Positions 20,241-30,073 of a DNA stretch of 64,000 nucleotides are shown here, in pieces; positions within the stretch are counted from its first letter, which is position 1, and each line of letters opens with the position of its first letter. The translations under genes and the position numbers were made by a program. This DNA is from a virus (taxonomy: Duplodnaviria; Caudoviricetes): positions 96,001-160,000 of the IMG/VR virus record IMGVR_UViG_3300021431_000075, one strand, 5' to 3'. The notes below the pieces were generated by a model that saw nothing but the letters and a program-made list of their open reading frames with translations, had not been told where the DNA came from and did no database searches.

Positions 20241-20945
20241 TCAATGAACAAGTTCAACAAATTTACCAAGTTCGAAATATTTTCTTGCCAAATCACGAAA
20301 ACCATCTCTGTTCAACGTAACAGCATCACCAAACTTGATTAAATCTTTCTCAAGCATATTCTCAAATTCATCATGAGTATCTTCAACAGGTTTCTTCTCG
20401 TCTTCTATAATGAAATTGTTTTTCTTCATCATATCAAAAAGAATCTGCCTCTCTGCTTTGGAAGCAGGAGTTATCATTTCTTTGTTTCCAGTCCAGTTGT
20501 CACATGCAGTTCTAAAATCTCCATATGAATCAATGCCGCAATAAGAACTGATATGGTTCACTTCATCAATCGACTTGAACATAAACGGTCTCATATCGCT
20601 TGTAAGAAGAACGTCCTTGTCTTTTGCTTCATATATGCTCCAAGGTTTCATGAACTTCTCTTTCTCGACTTCCATACCTGTACCGTCTGAAAACTGATAG
20701 ATTCCGTTACAGAACTTCTTGACTTGCAAAGTTTCAGGTTCTTCATCACTCAACCATTCATGATAAACAATCCAGTCTCCAGGGTTGAAACGATGTGCAA
20801 CATCCTTTTGCACAGAACCGTTCTCAAGATACGAAAGAGCAGAAACAAAATCCTGCAAAGTCACAGGTTTTCCGTATTCCTGTTTCTTGACTGCCGAAAG
20901 CGCATCGACAAACTCTGAAAACTTATCAAGATCTTTCTTGTCCAT
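20241..20945 (-). CDS. modular repeat protein (1 module)
   Basis: RFNPGDW...PWSIYEAKDKD...PASKAE. Confidence 0.75.
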   Translation of the reverse strand: MDKKDLDKFSEFVDALSAVKKQEYGKPVTLQDFVSALSYLENGSVQKDVAHRFNPGDWIVYHEWLSDEEPETLQVKKFCNGIYQFSDGTGMEVEKEKFMKPWSIYEAKDKDVLLTSDMRPFMFKSIDEVNHISSYCGIDSYGDFRTACDNWTGNKEMITPASKAERQILFDMMKKNNFIIEDEKKPVEDTHDEFENMLEKDLIKFGDAVTLNRDGFRDLARKYFELGKFVELVH

Positions 20946-21063
20946 TGTTCTGTTTCAATTAAAAAATGCAACATAAACCGGACCTGCATAATGCAATCGT
21001 CCAATGTGTGTTGCAAATTTAATAACTTTTTTCCATTCAGACAAAATTAAACCTGTTAAAAAA

Positions 21064-21387
21064 TTAAAAAACTTCTTCGGTGCTATCTTCTGGCGGCTCC
21101 GGACGCAAATCATCTTCTTCAATAAGTTTTCTGATTTCAACTACTGCAGTTGCAGAATCAAGATTTCCGAAATCATCTTTATGTCTTTCGATAAACTTAT
21201 GCAGAGCGTCATAAAATCTCTTGTTCAACTTGCTCTCTGTCCAAAATGCAGCTTTCAATGCAGACATTGTTGCAAATGTAGATAACGTCTCGGCTGTACT
21301 CCGGTCAATGCCATCACAAACAAGATTGTCACGAACATCGAGACCAATCCCTACGCATTTGTTCTCTATCTCTTTCTTAAATCCCAT
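21064..21387 (-). CDS. hypothetical protein
   Basis: ORF track. Confidence 0.6.
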   Translation of the reverse strand: MGFKKEIENKCVGIGLDVRDNLVCDGIDRSTAETLSTFATMSALKAAFWTESKLNKRFYDALHKFIERHKDDFGNLDSATAVVEIRKLIEEDDLRPEPPEDSTEEVF

Positions 21388-21397
21388 CTAAAAACAA

Positions 21398-21608
21398 ACG
21401 TTACTTGTCAAAACTCATCGAAGCAAAAACAGAATTCTCTTTCTCATAGTTCTGTAGAACATAGAAATTCATAGAATCTCGTATGTTTACTTTCTTTTGA
21501 CGATTCATCGGTGACTTGGTACTCACAAGACCGCTCATTAAATGAACGCGTTTTCCTATTGGTCATCTCCACGTCCCGTCTCCCTGAACTCAAGGGCAGC
21601 CAGTTTTT
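21398..21608 (-). ncRNA. putative omegaRNA (right-end RNA) of the IS607 TnpB
   Basis: Non-coding segment 3' of tnpB with GC-rich stems and short TTCTATG repeats; inferred from position. Confidence 0.5.
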
Positions 21609-23306
21609 TTAGAGTTCTGGTTCTCTATCTTTCATTTGTAGTTCATCAAGTTCTGCTCGATGCTTCTTGTTGTAGCCCTCAATTCCGAACGAAACTATAT
21701 TATCGCTTGCACCCTCGTCCCTGTTTATGACAGCACCACAGTTCTTGCAAGTCCACACACGCTCTGCAAGCGTAAGTTCCTTGTACTTGTGCCCGCATAC
21801 CGGGCAAGTCTTCGAAGATGCAGCGAACCTTCCAATCTTGTAGTAGATTCTTCCGTACCGTTCAGCCTTATATGACAGGAATTGAGTGAACTGGCTCCAG
21901 CCTGCATTCGATATGGCTTTTGACAGATGCTCATTCTTTACCATACCAGAAACATTAAGATCTTCTGTGACTATCATCTTGTTCTCTCTGACAAGCCTTG
22001 TCGTAATCTTATGGTTGTAGTTGCTTCTTCTATTCGCTATCTTCGCAGACCACTTCGCCGCGCGCTTCCTCATTCGCTCATGCCTGTTCGAAGAATACTG
22101 CCATGCGGGTCTGCTGCATTCAGATGCAACATTTGCATTTTGCTTGGATGTCTTCTTCTTGCGCTTCTTGCCGAACGGCTTGGTTGTCGCCCTCTTCGAC
22201 TTGTATTGCGCAAGATTCTTCAGTCTTCTCTTGTTTAGAAAACTATCCCTGTCATAGTTTCGCTCTTTATCATTGTCTTTGTTCCTTGATGTCGTTCTTT
22301 TACTTACATTATACTCTGTTCTTGAAAGGACTTTCTGCCAGTGCTTGTATTTCTTATTGTAGTGTTCAAGCCTTGTACATCCGTTCTTGTTGAACATTCG
22401 TTCTTTCTCGTTATCTTCCTTGTAGTCGTTCAAGTTCGGCATGTGAACATACTCGACTTCGCCGTCCACAAACGAGACGAAGCCATCATCATCAATGAAC
22501 ATCTTCTGATGATGCTCAATCGTATGCTCCTTGAGTCCCAGGTCAAGACCGCATATCATATCGCAATCTTTAATGTCTATATCACGAGAAGCAATAAGAA
22601 CAGAAGCGTACATCTTCCCGTCCGGAGCAACCGAAACGGTTATGCTTCGTATCTTCTTCTGGTTCCTGTTCAGATACTTCTCATCCCTTCTTGAACACTT
22701 GAATAGAACATCTGTCAGTTCAGAGCAAATCGATATCCTGTTTCCGTATATACATCGTATTCCTTTCTTGCTCTGGCTTCCGGGAATCGCATCCATAGGA
22801 ATGCGGAACGAATCATTGTGCCTGCTCTTCTTCTTGAACACTGGCTCATCAAAATCCTCAGGAAACTTTATATGGTTTGACAGAGCAGTTGAGAAGTTCA
22901 AGACTGCTTGACTAAGCATCTTCGAATGAACATCCTTAAGAAACGAGTAATCTTCATTGGATTTAAGCAAGTTCAGAACAGCATTTCCCTCTTTCATTCC
23001 GTATTTCGGATACTTATGCTCGGATTCACCGTTCTTCCATTCTCTTAAACTTTGCTCTTTCTTCGACTCATAGTCCGCAACTATCTTGTTGTAAACAAGA
23101 CGAGCGCATCCGCAAGAACGAAATATATAGTCTTCTTGTGCCTTGCTGTTCGGATAAATCCGAAGCATTATTCCCATAGCATCAAAAGTCCGCTTCTTGG
23201 GCTGTCTTTTCTTCTTGTTTTTAGATTTAGAGACAGAAGAACTTGAAGAAATATTTTTTGATGATTTCTTCTCTACTTTTCTTCTATGATGCTTGTGAAT
23301 AGACAC
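21609..23306 (-). CDS. tnpB: TnpB RNA-guided endonuclease, 565 aa
   Basis: HTH CGCARLVYN; RuvC GLDLG, TEDLNV, NRDEGA; zinc finger CPVC/CKNC. Confidence 0.92.
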   Translation of the reverse strand: MSIHKHHRRKVEKKSSKNISSSSSVSKSKNKKKRQPKKRTFDAMGIMLRIYPNSKAQEDYIFRSCGCARLVYNKIVADYESKKEQSLREWKNGESEHKYPKYGMKEGNAVLNLLKSNEDYSFLKDVHSKMLSQAVLNFSTALSNHIKFPEDFDEPVFKKKSRHNDSFRIPMDAIPGSQSKKGIRCIYGNRISICSELTDVLFKCSRRDEKYLNRNQKKIRSITVSVAPDGKMYASVLIASRDIDIKDCDMICGLDLGLKEHTIEHHQKMFIDDDGFVSFVDGEVEYVHMPNLNDYKEDNEKERMFNKNGCTRLEHYNKKYKHWQKVLSRTEYNVSKRTTSRNKDNDKERNYDRDSFLNKRRLKNLAQYKSKRATTKPFGKKRKKKTSKQNANVASECSRPAWQYSSNRHERMRKRAAKWSAKIANRRSNYNHKITTRLVRENKMIVTEDLNVSGMVKNEHLSKAISNAGWSQFTQFLSYKAERYGRIYYKIGRFAASSKTCPVCGHKYKELTLAERVWTCKNCGAVINRDEGASDNIVSFGIEGYNKKHRAELDELQMKDREPEL

Positions 23307-23341
23307 TATATTTTATATGAAGATTTCCAAATTGTTCTATA

Positions 23342-23932
23342 TTATTTATCTTCGCTCTGAAGTTCCCGAATCAACTTCTCTGTCCTTCTTCTGTTCTCAC
23401 GTAGTCCGTAAAGTTTTGCACAAAATGAAGACACTATAGAAACAAAGTCCTGCATCAAGTCTTCCTTGTCTTCACCGGACTCGTTGACTATCTCTATCTT
23501 CCTGCCATCCATACTCAATAGAGTCTGTATATAATTGAATCCGAATCTTGATAACTTGTCCTTATGTTCAACAACTATAATCTTTACACTTCTGTCCTTT
23601 AGAAGACTGTCAAGCTTCGGTCGCTCGTCATTCAGTCCGGAACCGACTTCCTTCACGACCTTTGAAACCTTGTAGCCGCGAGCCATGCAATAGCTTACAA
23701 GACGTTCCGCTTGGCTGTCAAGATTGCTCTTGTTCTCTGATGAAGACACACGAGCATATACTGCAACAGTGCTATCTTCATCACTTACAAAATGCTTGAT
23801 TGGTATGCAAATGTGATTCGTCTCGTCTATTATCGCATCGGGAAACTGACCTTTCTTATAGCGGTTCCATGCAGTCCTGTATGTCACTCCGAATCGTTTT
23901 GCATAATCAGATAACTTTATGTAGTAATCCAT
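23342..23932 (-). CDS. tnpA: IS607 transposase (MerR-like HTH + serine recombinase)
   Basis: YARVSS, EVGSGLN, EHKDKLSRFG, EDLMQDF. Confidence 0.92.
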   Translation of the reverse strand: MDYYIKLSDYAKRFGVTYRTAWNRYKKGQFPDAIIDETNHICIPIKHFVSDEDSTVAVYARVSSSENKSNLDSQAERLVSYCMARGYKVSKVVKEVGSGLNDERPKLDSLLKDRSVKIIVVEHKDKLSRFGFNYIQTLLSMDGRKIEIVNESGEDKEDLMQDFVSIVSSFCAKLYGLRENRRRTEKLIRELQSEDK

Positions 23933-24025
23933 AACATCCGTAATTAAAATTTATAACCTATTAATGTTACTGATTTTTACTACAATAGTTTAAAATTATT
24001 TACATATTTTTGATGGGTCTTTCTA

Positions 24026-24322
24026 TTAAATATGTGAACGATTACAATACTTATCAGTCACATGAATCAACTTCAAGAGATTATAATAATCTTCTTCCTC
24101 ATACATATAAAACATGCCATTAACATGTCCTTCGCCAGAAAACTGTCCCATAACAGTAAACCTGTCTTTATGCAAAGCATTTGTCACACTTGCATCAATA
24201 AACACACCATCAAATGAATTTGGAAGTTTAAGCGTGGCTTTCCAGACGCCTTCGCCATCAGTCATATTCAACCCTGTTTTCCAGCCATGATTCCTGAAAA
24301 ACTGTCTTGTTAATTTAGCCAT
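24026..24322 (-). CDS. hypothetical protein
   Basis: Preceded by the ATAAATA motif. Confidence 0.65.
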   Translation of the reverse strand: MAKLTRQFFRNHGWKTGLNMTDGEGVWKATLKLPNSFDGVFIDASVTNALHKDRFTVMGQFSGEGHVNGMFYMYEEEDYYNLLKLIHVTDKYCNRSHI

Positions 24323-24347
24323 TTATTTCTGATTATTTCTTTTTAAT

Positions 24348-24363
24348 TTATAAGATATTTATA
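24348..24363 (-). promoter_or_regulatory. putative phage late-type promoter TATAAATA
   Basis: TATAAATATCTTATAA; the core equals the T4 late consensus. Confidence 0.5.
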
Positions 24364-24364
24364 A

Positions 24365-24637
24365 TTATTTTTCAGAACTTCTATATCTACTCTCGAAATT
24401 CTCAACAACCTTCGGATCCGGATTCTTAACAGAAGCAAGATATTTCAAATATAGTTTCTTGCAGTTGAACGGATTTCCATGACAGCCACTTTCGTTAGGA
24501 TGTCCCCAAGGCAAGAAGCATTCTGGATAACCTCCATCCCACCATTCACAGAACTTGCCGAATTGAGCAAGTTTCTTATTGACTCTCCGATGAGTTGCAG
24601 TTCTCGGCTTTCGTTTAGTTTTCCATTTCGCTACCAT
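24365..24637 (-). CDS. hypothetical protein
   Basis: ORF track. Confidence 0.6.
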   Translation of the reverse strand: MVAKWKTKRKPRTATHRRVNKKLAQFGKFCEWWDGGYPECFLPWGHPNESGCHGNPFNCKKLYLKYLASVKNPDPKVVENFESRYRSSEK

Positions 24638-24697
24638 TTCGACTATAAATTGAAATTTATGAAAATGTTGTTAATTTATAAAGTATGGTTTTCAAAA

Positions 24698-25021
24698 TCA
24701 ATTATGAGTTCTCTCTATTTTTGATGCATCATTAGGATTCTCTATTATCGTTTTTGACTTTGGATCAAAAACATCCAGATAGTCTGCTTGTCTTTCTGTA
24801 CATCTTTTGTATTTCTTGCATGGACTCCAAACAGGCGATATAAACAATCTGTTTTCATCTGTTTCCGGCTTGTCATGTTCGAATAGACAACAAATTGCTG
24901 TTCCATCATAACCATGCGGTTCCGTACCATCATTATTCACGTCCAACGCATATTCGTCAATGTACATACAAGTCCGACAGCATTCTATGTTCTTATCGAA
25001 ATATATTCTCTTCAAACTCAT
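24698..25021 (-). CDS. Cys-rich hypothetical protein
   Basis: CCRTC...CC...C; start revised. Confidence 0.6.
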   Translation of the reverse strand: MSLKRIYFDKNIECCRTCMYIDEYALDVNNDGTEPHGYDGTAICCLFEHDKPETDENRLFISPVWSPCKKYKRCTERQADYLDVFDPKSKTIIENPNDASKIERTHN

Positions 25022-25251
25022 AATTTTTCTCACATCTTATAGATTAGTCTACTGCAAATCAAGCAAATAGTTTAAAAATAATGAAAGCAAAAACTATCCG
25101 AATGCATAAAAACATCCAGACAGTTATATATTTCAAAAACAACTTGTCAAATCTACAATTCAACCGGCTTTGTATGCATAATAACAAGGAAGTTGCAGAT
25201 TCGACCTTAAACAACTGCGGCAATTCTTCATAGTAACGATATACCTGTTGG

Positions 25252-25689
25252 CTATATCTCTTTAATATTGTTATTATACATTCCTTTTGGTGCTTCTAAC
25301 GCTAAACCCTTCTCAATCAACCCATGATAGTCAAAGTGATGTTTGTTGAGCCAATCAATATAACTATTTATATCATGTTCATAAACGAATTTGTACTCTA
25401 TCGGATATGCAGAAAAATCGCAGTCAAATGGTCTCACACCACCAATAAATGAGAAATATTCCCTCTTCTCTTCCTCGGTCATACTTGACATCGGACGGAG
25501 ATAAGGTATACAGCATTCTATTCTTGTAATATATTCTTTTGTTGAGAACAGACCACGTTCTTTTGTTACGACAAAGCCATTTTTAACTCCTACAACTTTT
25601 TTTACATCAGAGTTTATTTGCACTTTCACTCCATACAGTAGCCTTGCGCTTAAATCCTTTAAAAGAAGTTCTTTATCTTCTTGTGTCAT
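25252..25689 (-). CDS. phage protein, paralog of 15445-15864
   Basis: LLKDLSARL...PYLRPMSSMTEEE...GLALEAP. Confidence 0.75.
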   Translation of the reverse strand: MTQEDKELLLKDLSARLLYGVKVQINSDVKKVVGVKNGFVVTKERGLFSTKEYITRIECCIPYLRPMSSMTEEEKREYFSFIGGVRPFDCDFSAYPIEYKFVYEHDINSYIDWLNKHHFDYHGLIEKGLALEAPKGMYNNNIKEI

Positions 25690-25864
25690 TGTTATTTCTA
25701 TTTTTGTGCCATGAGATGGACTTGAACCATCACTCCTTTCGGAAACTCTGTTTGAGAGAGCCGTGTCTACCTATTTCCACCACCATGGCATTTCTATTTT
25801 TGAAATATCATTTTTAAATGTACATTCCTTTTGGGGCTTCTAACGCTAAACTCTTCTCAATCAA
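25277..25864. repeat. 44-bp direct repeat (25277-25320 and 25821-25864) flanking a gene plus tRNA-Leu
   Basis: 42/44 identical. Confidence 0.9.
25707..25789 (-). tRNA. tRNA-Leu(CAA)
   Basis: Acceptor GCCATGG/TCATGGC, anticodon arm GCTCT-CTCAAAC-AGAGT, long variable arm. Confidence 0.92.
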
Positions 25865-26204
25865 TAATGCCTTTTGTCTTAAGATATGAAATTACTGGCA
25901 CTAAGCACATAACTCCTATTGGTTCATCAGAGCAGTCAGGAGCATACTCTTCCATCAATGCAGTATCTTCAAATTCACCTCTTAACCAAGCATTGACATC
26001 ATGAACAAGATTTTCATTGAATTCCTTATATTCAGATTGATCTTCAAAACAATCACGATCAAAAAAATCAATTCCCAAAATGTTTTTCATAATGTGCTTG
26101 CATTCACGAACAGATACATCTCTTTTCAGAACAAATCCTTTCACGAAACCATTTGGCTGAAGTTCTATCTTAACAATACCTACATCAAATTTCTTTGTCT
26201 TCAT
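25857..26204 (-). CDS. hypothetical protein
   Basis: ORF track. Confidence 0.65.
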   Translation of the reverse strand: MKTKKFDVGIVKIELQPNGFVKGFVLKRDVSVRECKHIMKNILGIDFFDRDCFEDQSEYKEFNENLVHDVNAWLRGEFEDTALMEEYAPDCSDEPIGVMCLVPVISYLKTKGIID

Positions 26205-26227
26205 AACTTTCTTTTTTTAATAGATTA

Positions 26228-26644
26228 TCAAATCGAAACATTTTTAATCTTGCATGTCTTCAGTGCATGTCTGAACTGATGAAGATATTCACAATGCGGA
26301 TGCGAATAGTACTCTCCGTTTCTTATATAGACAGAAGGTTTTCCTTCTTTAATAAACTCGACAGTAATGTAATACAGATTGTCCGGAGTTCCGGCTCTAT
26401 AAGTCAGATCGTCTATCCTTGTCAAACCAATCTGAATGGCAACTTCCGGCGACATCTTGATAAACTCTATATTTGATTGTTCACAAGGAACAATCCTTCC
26501 GCTTAAGGTCTCAACAATAATGCTGTTTACTGTGCAAAATTTGACTTTTGCTCTTTCCTGCTGAAACTCAGAACCAACAATCGAGTTGTAATGAGCATTG
26601 ACCAAAACCGGATCGCCAACCATCAAATCAAATTCATCTTCCAT
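26228..26644 (-). CDS. hypothetical phage protein
   Basis: DLMVGD ... CEYLHQFRHAL. Confidence 0.7.
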   Translation of the reverse strand: MEDEFDLMVGDPVLVNAHYNSIVGSEFQQERAKVKFCTVNSIIVETLSGRIVPCEQSNIEFIKMSPEVAIQIGLTRIDDLTYRAGTPDNLYYITVEFIKEGKPSVYIRNGEYYSHPHCEYLHQFRHALKTCKIKNVSI

Positions 26645-26646
26645 AA

Positions 26647-27135
26647 CTACTTCAGTATAGTTTTCAATTCTGCTATTTGAATCTTCAGGCTATCATAAAG
26701 AGCAGCAACCCTGTTGTACTCTTCTTCTGTTATGACTTTCATAGTTCCGGTCTTTCCGCCTACTCTACATTCATCATCATAAGGACAATTCATCCAGAGT
26801 TTGTTGATTTCGCTATCAACTTCTTCCTCAACATGCAGGCAATTCGATTTCGAATCAGAATATTTCGCCCCGTCGTATATGTTAAAACGAACTGGAAATT
26901 TTGTGCATAGTTTTCCAAGCTCAAACGGTTTCGTCATCTTGAACACAGTGAAAGATGAACCGTTATGGTTGATTGAAATGCATTTTCCGACATAACTATC
27001 AAACCACTCCCTGATGTCTTGTTTCTTCTTGTCTTCTTTGCTCTTTGCATCATCCGCCTGTTTCCGAATATATTCTTTCAGTTCACCGACAGTCATTTTG
27101 CTGTCAAATTTTTCCAAATCTGCTGTAGTTATCAT
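26647..27135 (-). CDS. hypothetical protein
   Basis: ORF track. Confidence 0.65.
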   Translation of the reverse strand: MITTADLEKFDSKMTVGELKEYIRKQADDAKSKEDKKKQDIREWFDSYVGKCISINHNGSSFTVFKMTKPFELGKLCTKFPVRFNIYDGAKYSDSKSNCLHVEEEVDSEINKLWMNCPYDDECRVGGKTGTMKVITEEEYNRVAALYDSLKIQIAELKTILK

Positions 27136-27557
27136 AACTTTTTATTTTTTAGTTCTACAATCTGTTCTCTTAAACTCTCAATCTTTTCTTCAAGCTGATG
27201 CAGCTCAATCTCTTTTTTTCGCAACATCTTTTCTTTGCATTGATTGAATATCTTTTCTGGCGCATCTTCATCAAGCCATTCCAGCGGCATTTCAAGATAA
27301 TAGAAATCAAGCATATTGCCTTCCATTCCTTCAAAAGCGTCAATAGATCCGCGACTTGAAATATAATCATAAGGAAAGCCGAAATCTTCAGATAAATCAT
27401 CATCAAACTCTGTTATGATTTCATAAACTCTATTTATGATTGGCTCGCAAATCTTTAACAGTTCATTCTCTGCTTTTTTAGACTTTGATTTCAAGTCGCT
27501 ATTGAATTCCTCAACAAGCTGAAGAACTCTCTGTTTCATATCTTTGTCGGTACTCAT
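27132..27557 (-). CDS. tandem paralog 3 (12-aa internal deletion)
   Basis: Near-identical to 27511 and 28022 genes. Confidence 0.8.
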   Translation of the reverse strand: MSTDKDMKQRVLQLVEEFNSDLKSKSKKAENELLKICEPIINRVYEIITEFDDDLSEDFGFPYDYISSRGSIDAFEGMEGNMLDFYYLEMPLEWLDEDAPEKIFNQCKEKMLRKKEIELHQLEEKIESLREQIVELKNKKL

Positions 27558-28017
27558 GCAACTTTTTATTTTTTAATTCTACAATCTCTTCTCTTAAACT
27601 CTCAATCCTTTCTTCAGAATGATTCAATTCAATCTCTTTTTTATGCAACAAGATTTCTTTGCATTGCTTAAAAATCTTTTCCGGTGCATCTTCATCAAGC
27701 CAGTCAAGCGGCATTTCAAGACTGGCTTCAATGTATTCTCCAAGACAACCATCGGAATAATGAAATCCGAGCATATTGTCTTCAATGCCTTCAAAATTGT
27801 CAATGGTTCCGCGACTTGAAAGATAATCATAGGGAAATCCGAAATCTTCAGATAGAAAATCATCAAACTCTGTTACGATTTCATAAACTCTCTTTATGAT
27901 TGGCTCACAAATCTTTATCAGTTCTTTTTCTGCTTTTTTAGACTTCGATTTCGAGTCGCTATTGAATTCTTTGACAAGTTGAAGAACTCTCTGTTTTGTA
28001 TCTTTTTCAGTACTCAT
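27511..28017 (-). CDS. tandem paralog 2
   Basis: Near-identical; stop lost so it overlaps copy 3. Confidence 0.8.
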   Translation of the reverse strand: MSTEKDTKQRVLQLVKEFNSDSKSKSKKAEKELIKICEPIIKRVYEIVTEFDDFLSEDFGFPYDYLSSRGTIDNFEGIEDNMLGFHYSDGCLGEYIEASLEMPLDWLDEDAPEKIFKQCKEILLHKKEIELNHSEERIESLREEIVELKNKKLHEYRQRYETESSSAC

Positions 28018-28021
28018 GTAA

Positions 28022-28480
28022 CTATCTATTTTTAAGTTCTACAATATCTTCTCTTAAACTCTCAATCTTTTCTTCAAGCCGATTTATTTCAATCTCTTTT
28101 TTATTCAACAAGATTTCTTTGCATTTCTTAGAAATCTTTTCTGGAGCATCTTCATCAAGCCATTCAAGTGGCATTTTAAGACTGGCATCGACATAATTCC
28201 ACCAACAACCTTCGGAATAATGAAATCTGAGCAAATTCCCTTCAATACCATCAAAATTGTCAATGGTTCCGTGACTTGACAAGTAATCATAAGGAAAGCC
28301 GAAATCTTCAGGTAGATCATCATCGAACTCTTTTATGATTTCATAAACTCTCTTTATGATTGGCTCGCAAATCTTTATCAGTTCTTTTTTTTTGCTTTTT
28401 TTGGACTTTGATTTCGAGTCGCTATTGAATTCTTTAACAAGTTGAAGAACTCTCTGTTTTGTATCTTTTTCTGTATTCAT
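28022..28480 (-). CDS. tandem paralog 1
   Basis: Near-identical; coiled-coil C-terminus. Confidence 0.8.
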   Translation of the reverse strand: MNTEKDTKQRVLQLVKEFNSDSKSKSKKSKKKELIKICEPIIKRVYEIIKEFDDDLPEDFGFPYDYLSSHGTIDNFDGIEGNLLRFHYSEGCWWNYVDASLKMPLEWLDEDAPEKISKKCKEILLNKKEIEINRLEEKIESLREDIVELKNR

Positions 28481-28512
28481 ATAACTTTCAATTTCTATTA
28501 TTTCTCAATTCA

Positions 28513-28872
28513 TCAAATCATCCGTTCTTCAATGAACAAATTTTTACTTTTATCGGATATGTAATCTTCAAGATAATCCATAATCTCATCTTTTGTCATC
28601 TGTTCCAAAGCATGGATATCCAAATCGGCATTTTCTCCTTCATTGTTAAATGTGACGACACATTCTCCTCCGCCACAAAAACTACAAGAAAACTTGCTTA
28701 TCAAATAATTCGAGAACTTCTTGTCCATAAGCAATCGTTGAAGTGCCTTATTGAGACAAATCTCTGATTGAACTTGCATCTCACACGCCTTCTCGAAATA
28801 ATCATTCCAGTTCTCTTTCAAACTGTTTACATATTTAATAGACATTATGTTTGTTGGTTGCTCTATCATCAA
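28513..28872 (-). CDS. hypothetical protein
   Basis: First gene after promoter. Confidence 0.65.
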   Translation of the reverse strand: MMIEQPTNIMSIKYVNSLKENWNDYFEKACEMQVQSEICLNKALQRLLMDKKFSNYLISKFSCSFCGGGECVVTFNNEGENADLDIHALEQMTKDEIMDYLEDYISDKSKNLFIEERMI

Positions 28873-28898
28873 AATGTTTTTTAATTAACTTATTTGAG

Positions 28899-28932
28899 TG
28901 CAAATATAACGATTGTTTTATACAAATGCAAG
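28899..28932 (-). promoter_or_regulatory. Bacteroidota-type promoter
   Basis: CTTG-20nt-TATATTTGCA. Confidence 0.7.
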
Positions 28933-28987
28933 AATTGATTAGTTATTTAAAGTTAAAAAAGAACATAATGCAATTACAAACATTATG

Positions 28988-29260
28988 TCAAACACACAGC
29001 AAACGAATCTTCAAGACCTGCTCAATCTCTGTCAATTTATCAACAGTTAAGTTCACATCGCCGGACAACAGTTCTGCCAATTCCATTTCATTCATTTCCA
29101 TCATCGTTGCAAACTCATTTGGACTCATTCCATTCTTGCTAATTGCATCGGAAATCTTTGCAGCAAGTTTCATGCGATTGCGAGTCTTTGCCAATGACAG
29201 GTCATCCATGTTTGACAATAAATTTGCCAATGTTCCTTTCTTATCCATAACAATAAACAT
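28988..29260 (-). CDS. XRE-family HTH protein (HigA-like)
   Basis: LAAKISDAISKNGMSPNEFA...LLSGDVNLTVDKLTEIE. Confidence 0.75.
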   Translation of the reverse strand: MFIVMDKKGTLANLLSNMDDLSLAKTRNRMKLAAKISDAISKNGMSPNEFATMMEMNEMELAELLSGDVNLTVDKLTEIEQVLKIRLLCV

Positions 29261-29265
29261 TTATC

Positions 29266-29664
29266 TTAATTTGCTATCTCTCCTTCGACAATCGGAACTG
29301 TCAAACGTCTTCCTCCTTTCGTTTCATAAGAAAAAGTCCCTACTACTTTCGGACTCTCGATAACTACAACTTGGTCATTATAAAAACTCGTTCCGTACAA
29401 CAACACAGTGTTTCCGTCATAATACGCATTGTCGCCGATATATTCTGAAAACTCATTTGCCAATGAAAAATTTTCAAAAACTTGAAAAACTTTGAAAGAA
29501 GTTTTCGTCTTGTTCTCATAAATTGTTTCAACTTCAAACGTCTTAAAACTATCTTCATCTGTCACACTGCGTCTTCTCTGCTGACAAAAAGAAACAAAAA
29601 CCAAAATTACAATAGTTAAAGAAATTCCACAAATCACTCCAAAAATAAATGATTTCTTATCCAT
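29266..29664 (-). CDS. membrane-anchored hypothetical protein
   Basis: Start revised to MDKKSFIFGVICG; N-terminal TM helix. Confidence 0.7.
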   Translation of the reverse strand: MDKKSFIFGVICGISLTIVILVFVSFCQQRRRSVTDEDSFKTFEVETIYENKTKTSFKVFQVFENFSLANEFSEYIGDNAYYDGNTVLLYGTSFYNDQVVVIESPKVVGTFSYETKGGRRLTVPIVEGEIAN

Positions 29665-29692
29665 ATATTTTAATTTTTTAGTTTCAAAATTT

Positions 29693-30067
29693 CTACAAAT
29701 AACTTTTTCCGACCGCATCAAGATAGAACGGATAAAAATCACCTTTGTTTTTCCATACATCAATGATAGCATGTCGCAGCATTCTCCATCCGCCATTGAA
29801 GGAATATTGTGTCCTGTTCCAAGTCAAGCAAATGCTCTCGACAAACATATCTATCCCGACGTCTTGCATTTGATTGAAGAACATAGGTCTGACAAACATT
29901 TCAGAAGTATCCATCTTGTCAACAAGTTCCTTTGCAGTTTCTATGCTATTTGCACCAGCAAACAATTCTTCCGGCTTCAAGCCAAGCCCTATCAAATCTC
30001 GCTGCAAACGAACTTCAATGACACCGCCAGCATTGAGAAAGTTAAATAAAGTCATCTTGTTGTTCAT
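29693..30067 (-). CDS. hypothetical protein
   Basis: ORF track. Confidence 0.65.
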   Translation of the reverse strand: MNNKMTLFNFLNAGGVIEVRLQRDLIGLGLKPEELFAGANSIETAKELVDKMDTSEMFVRPMFFNQMQDVGIDMFVESICLTWNRTQYSFNGGWRMLRHAIIDVWKNKGDFYPFYLDAVGKSYL

Positions 30068-30073
30068 TATGTT

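Larger units (their letters stand above)
21398..24020 (-). mobile_element. IS607-family element (tnpA + tnpB); ends approximate
   Basis: Serine-recombinase tnpA followed by tnpB and ~200 nt of non-coding right end. Confidence 0.8.
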
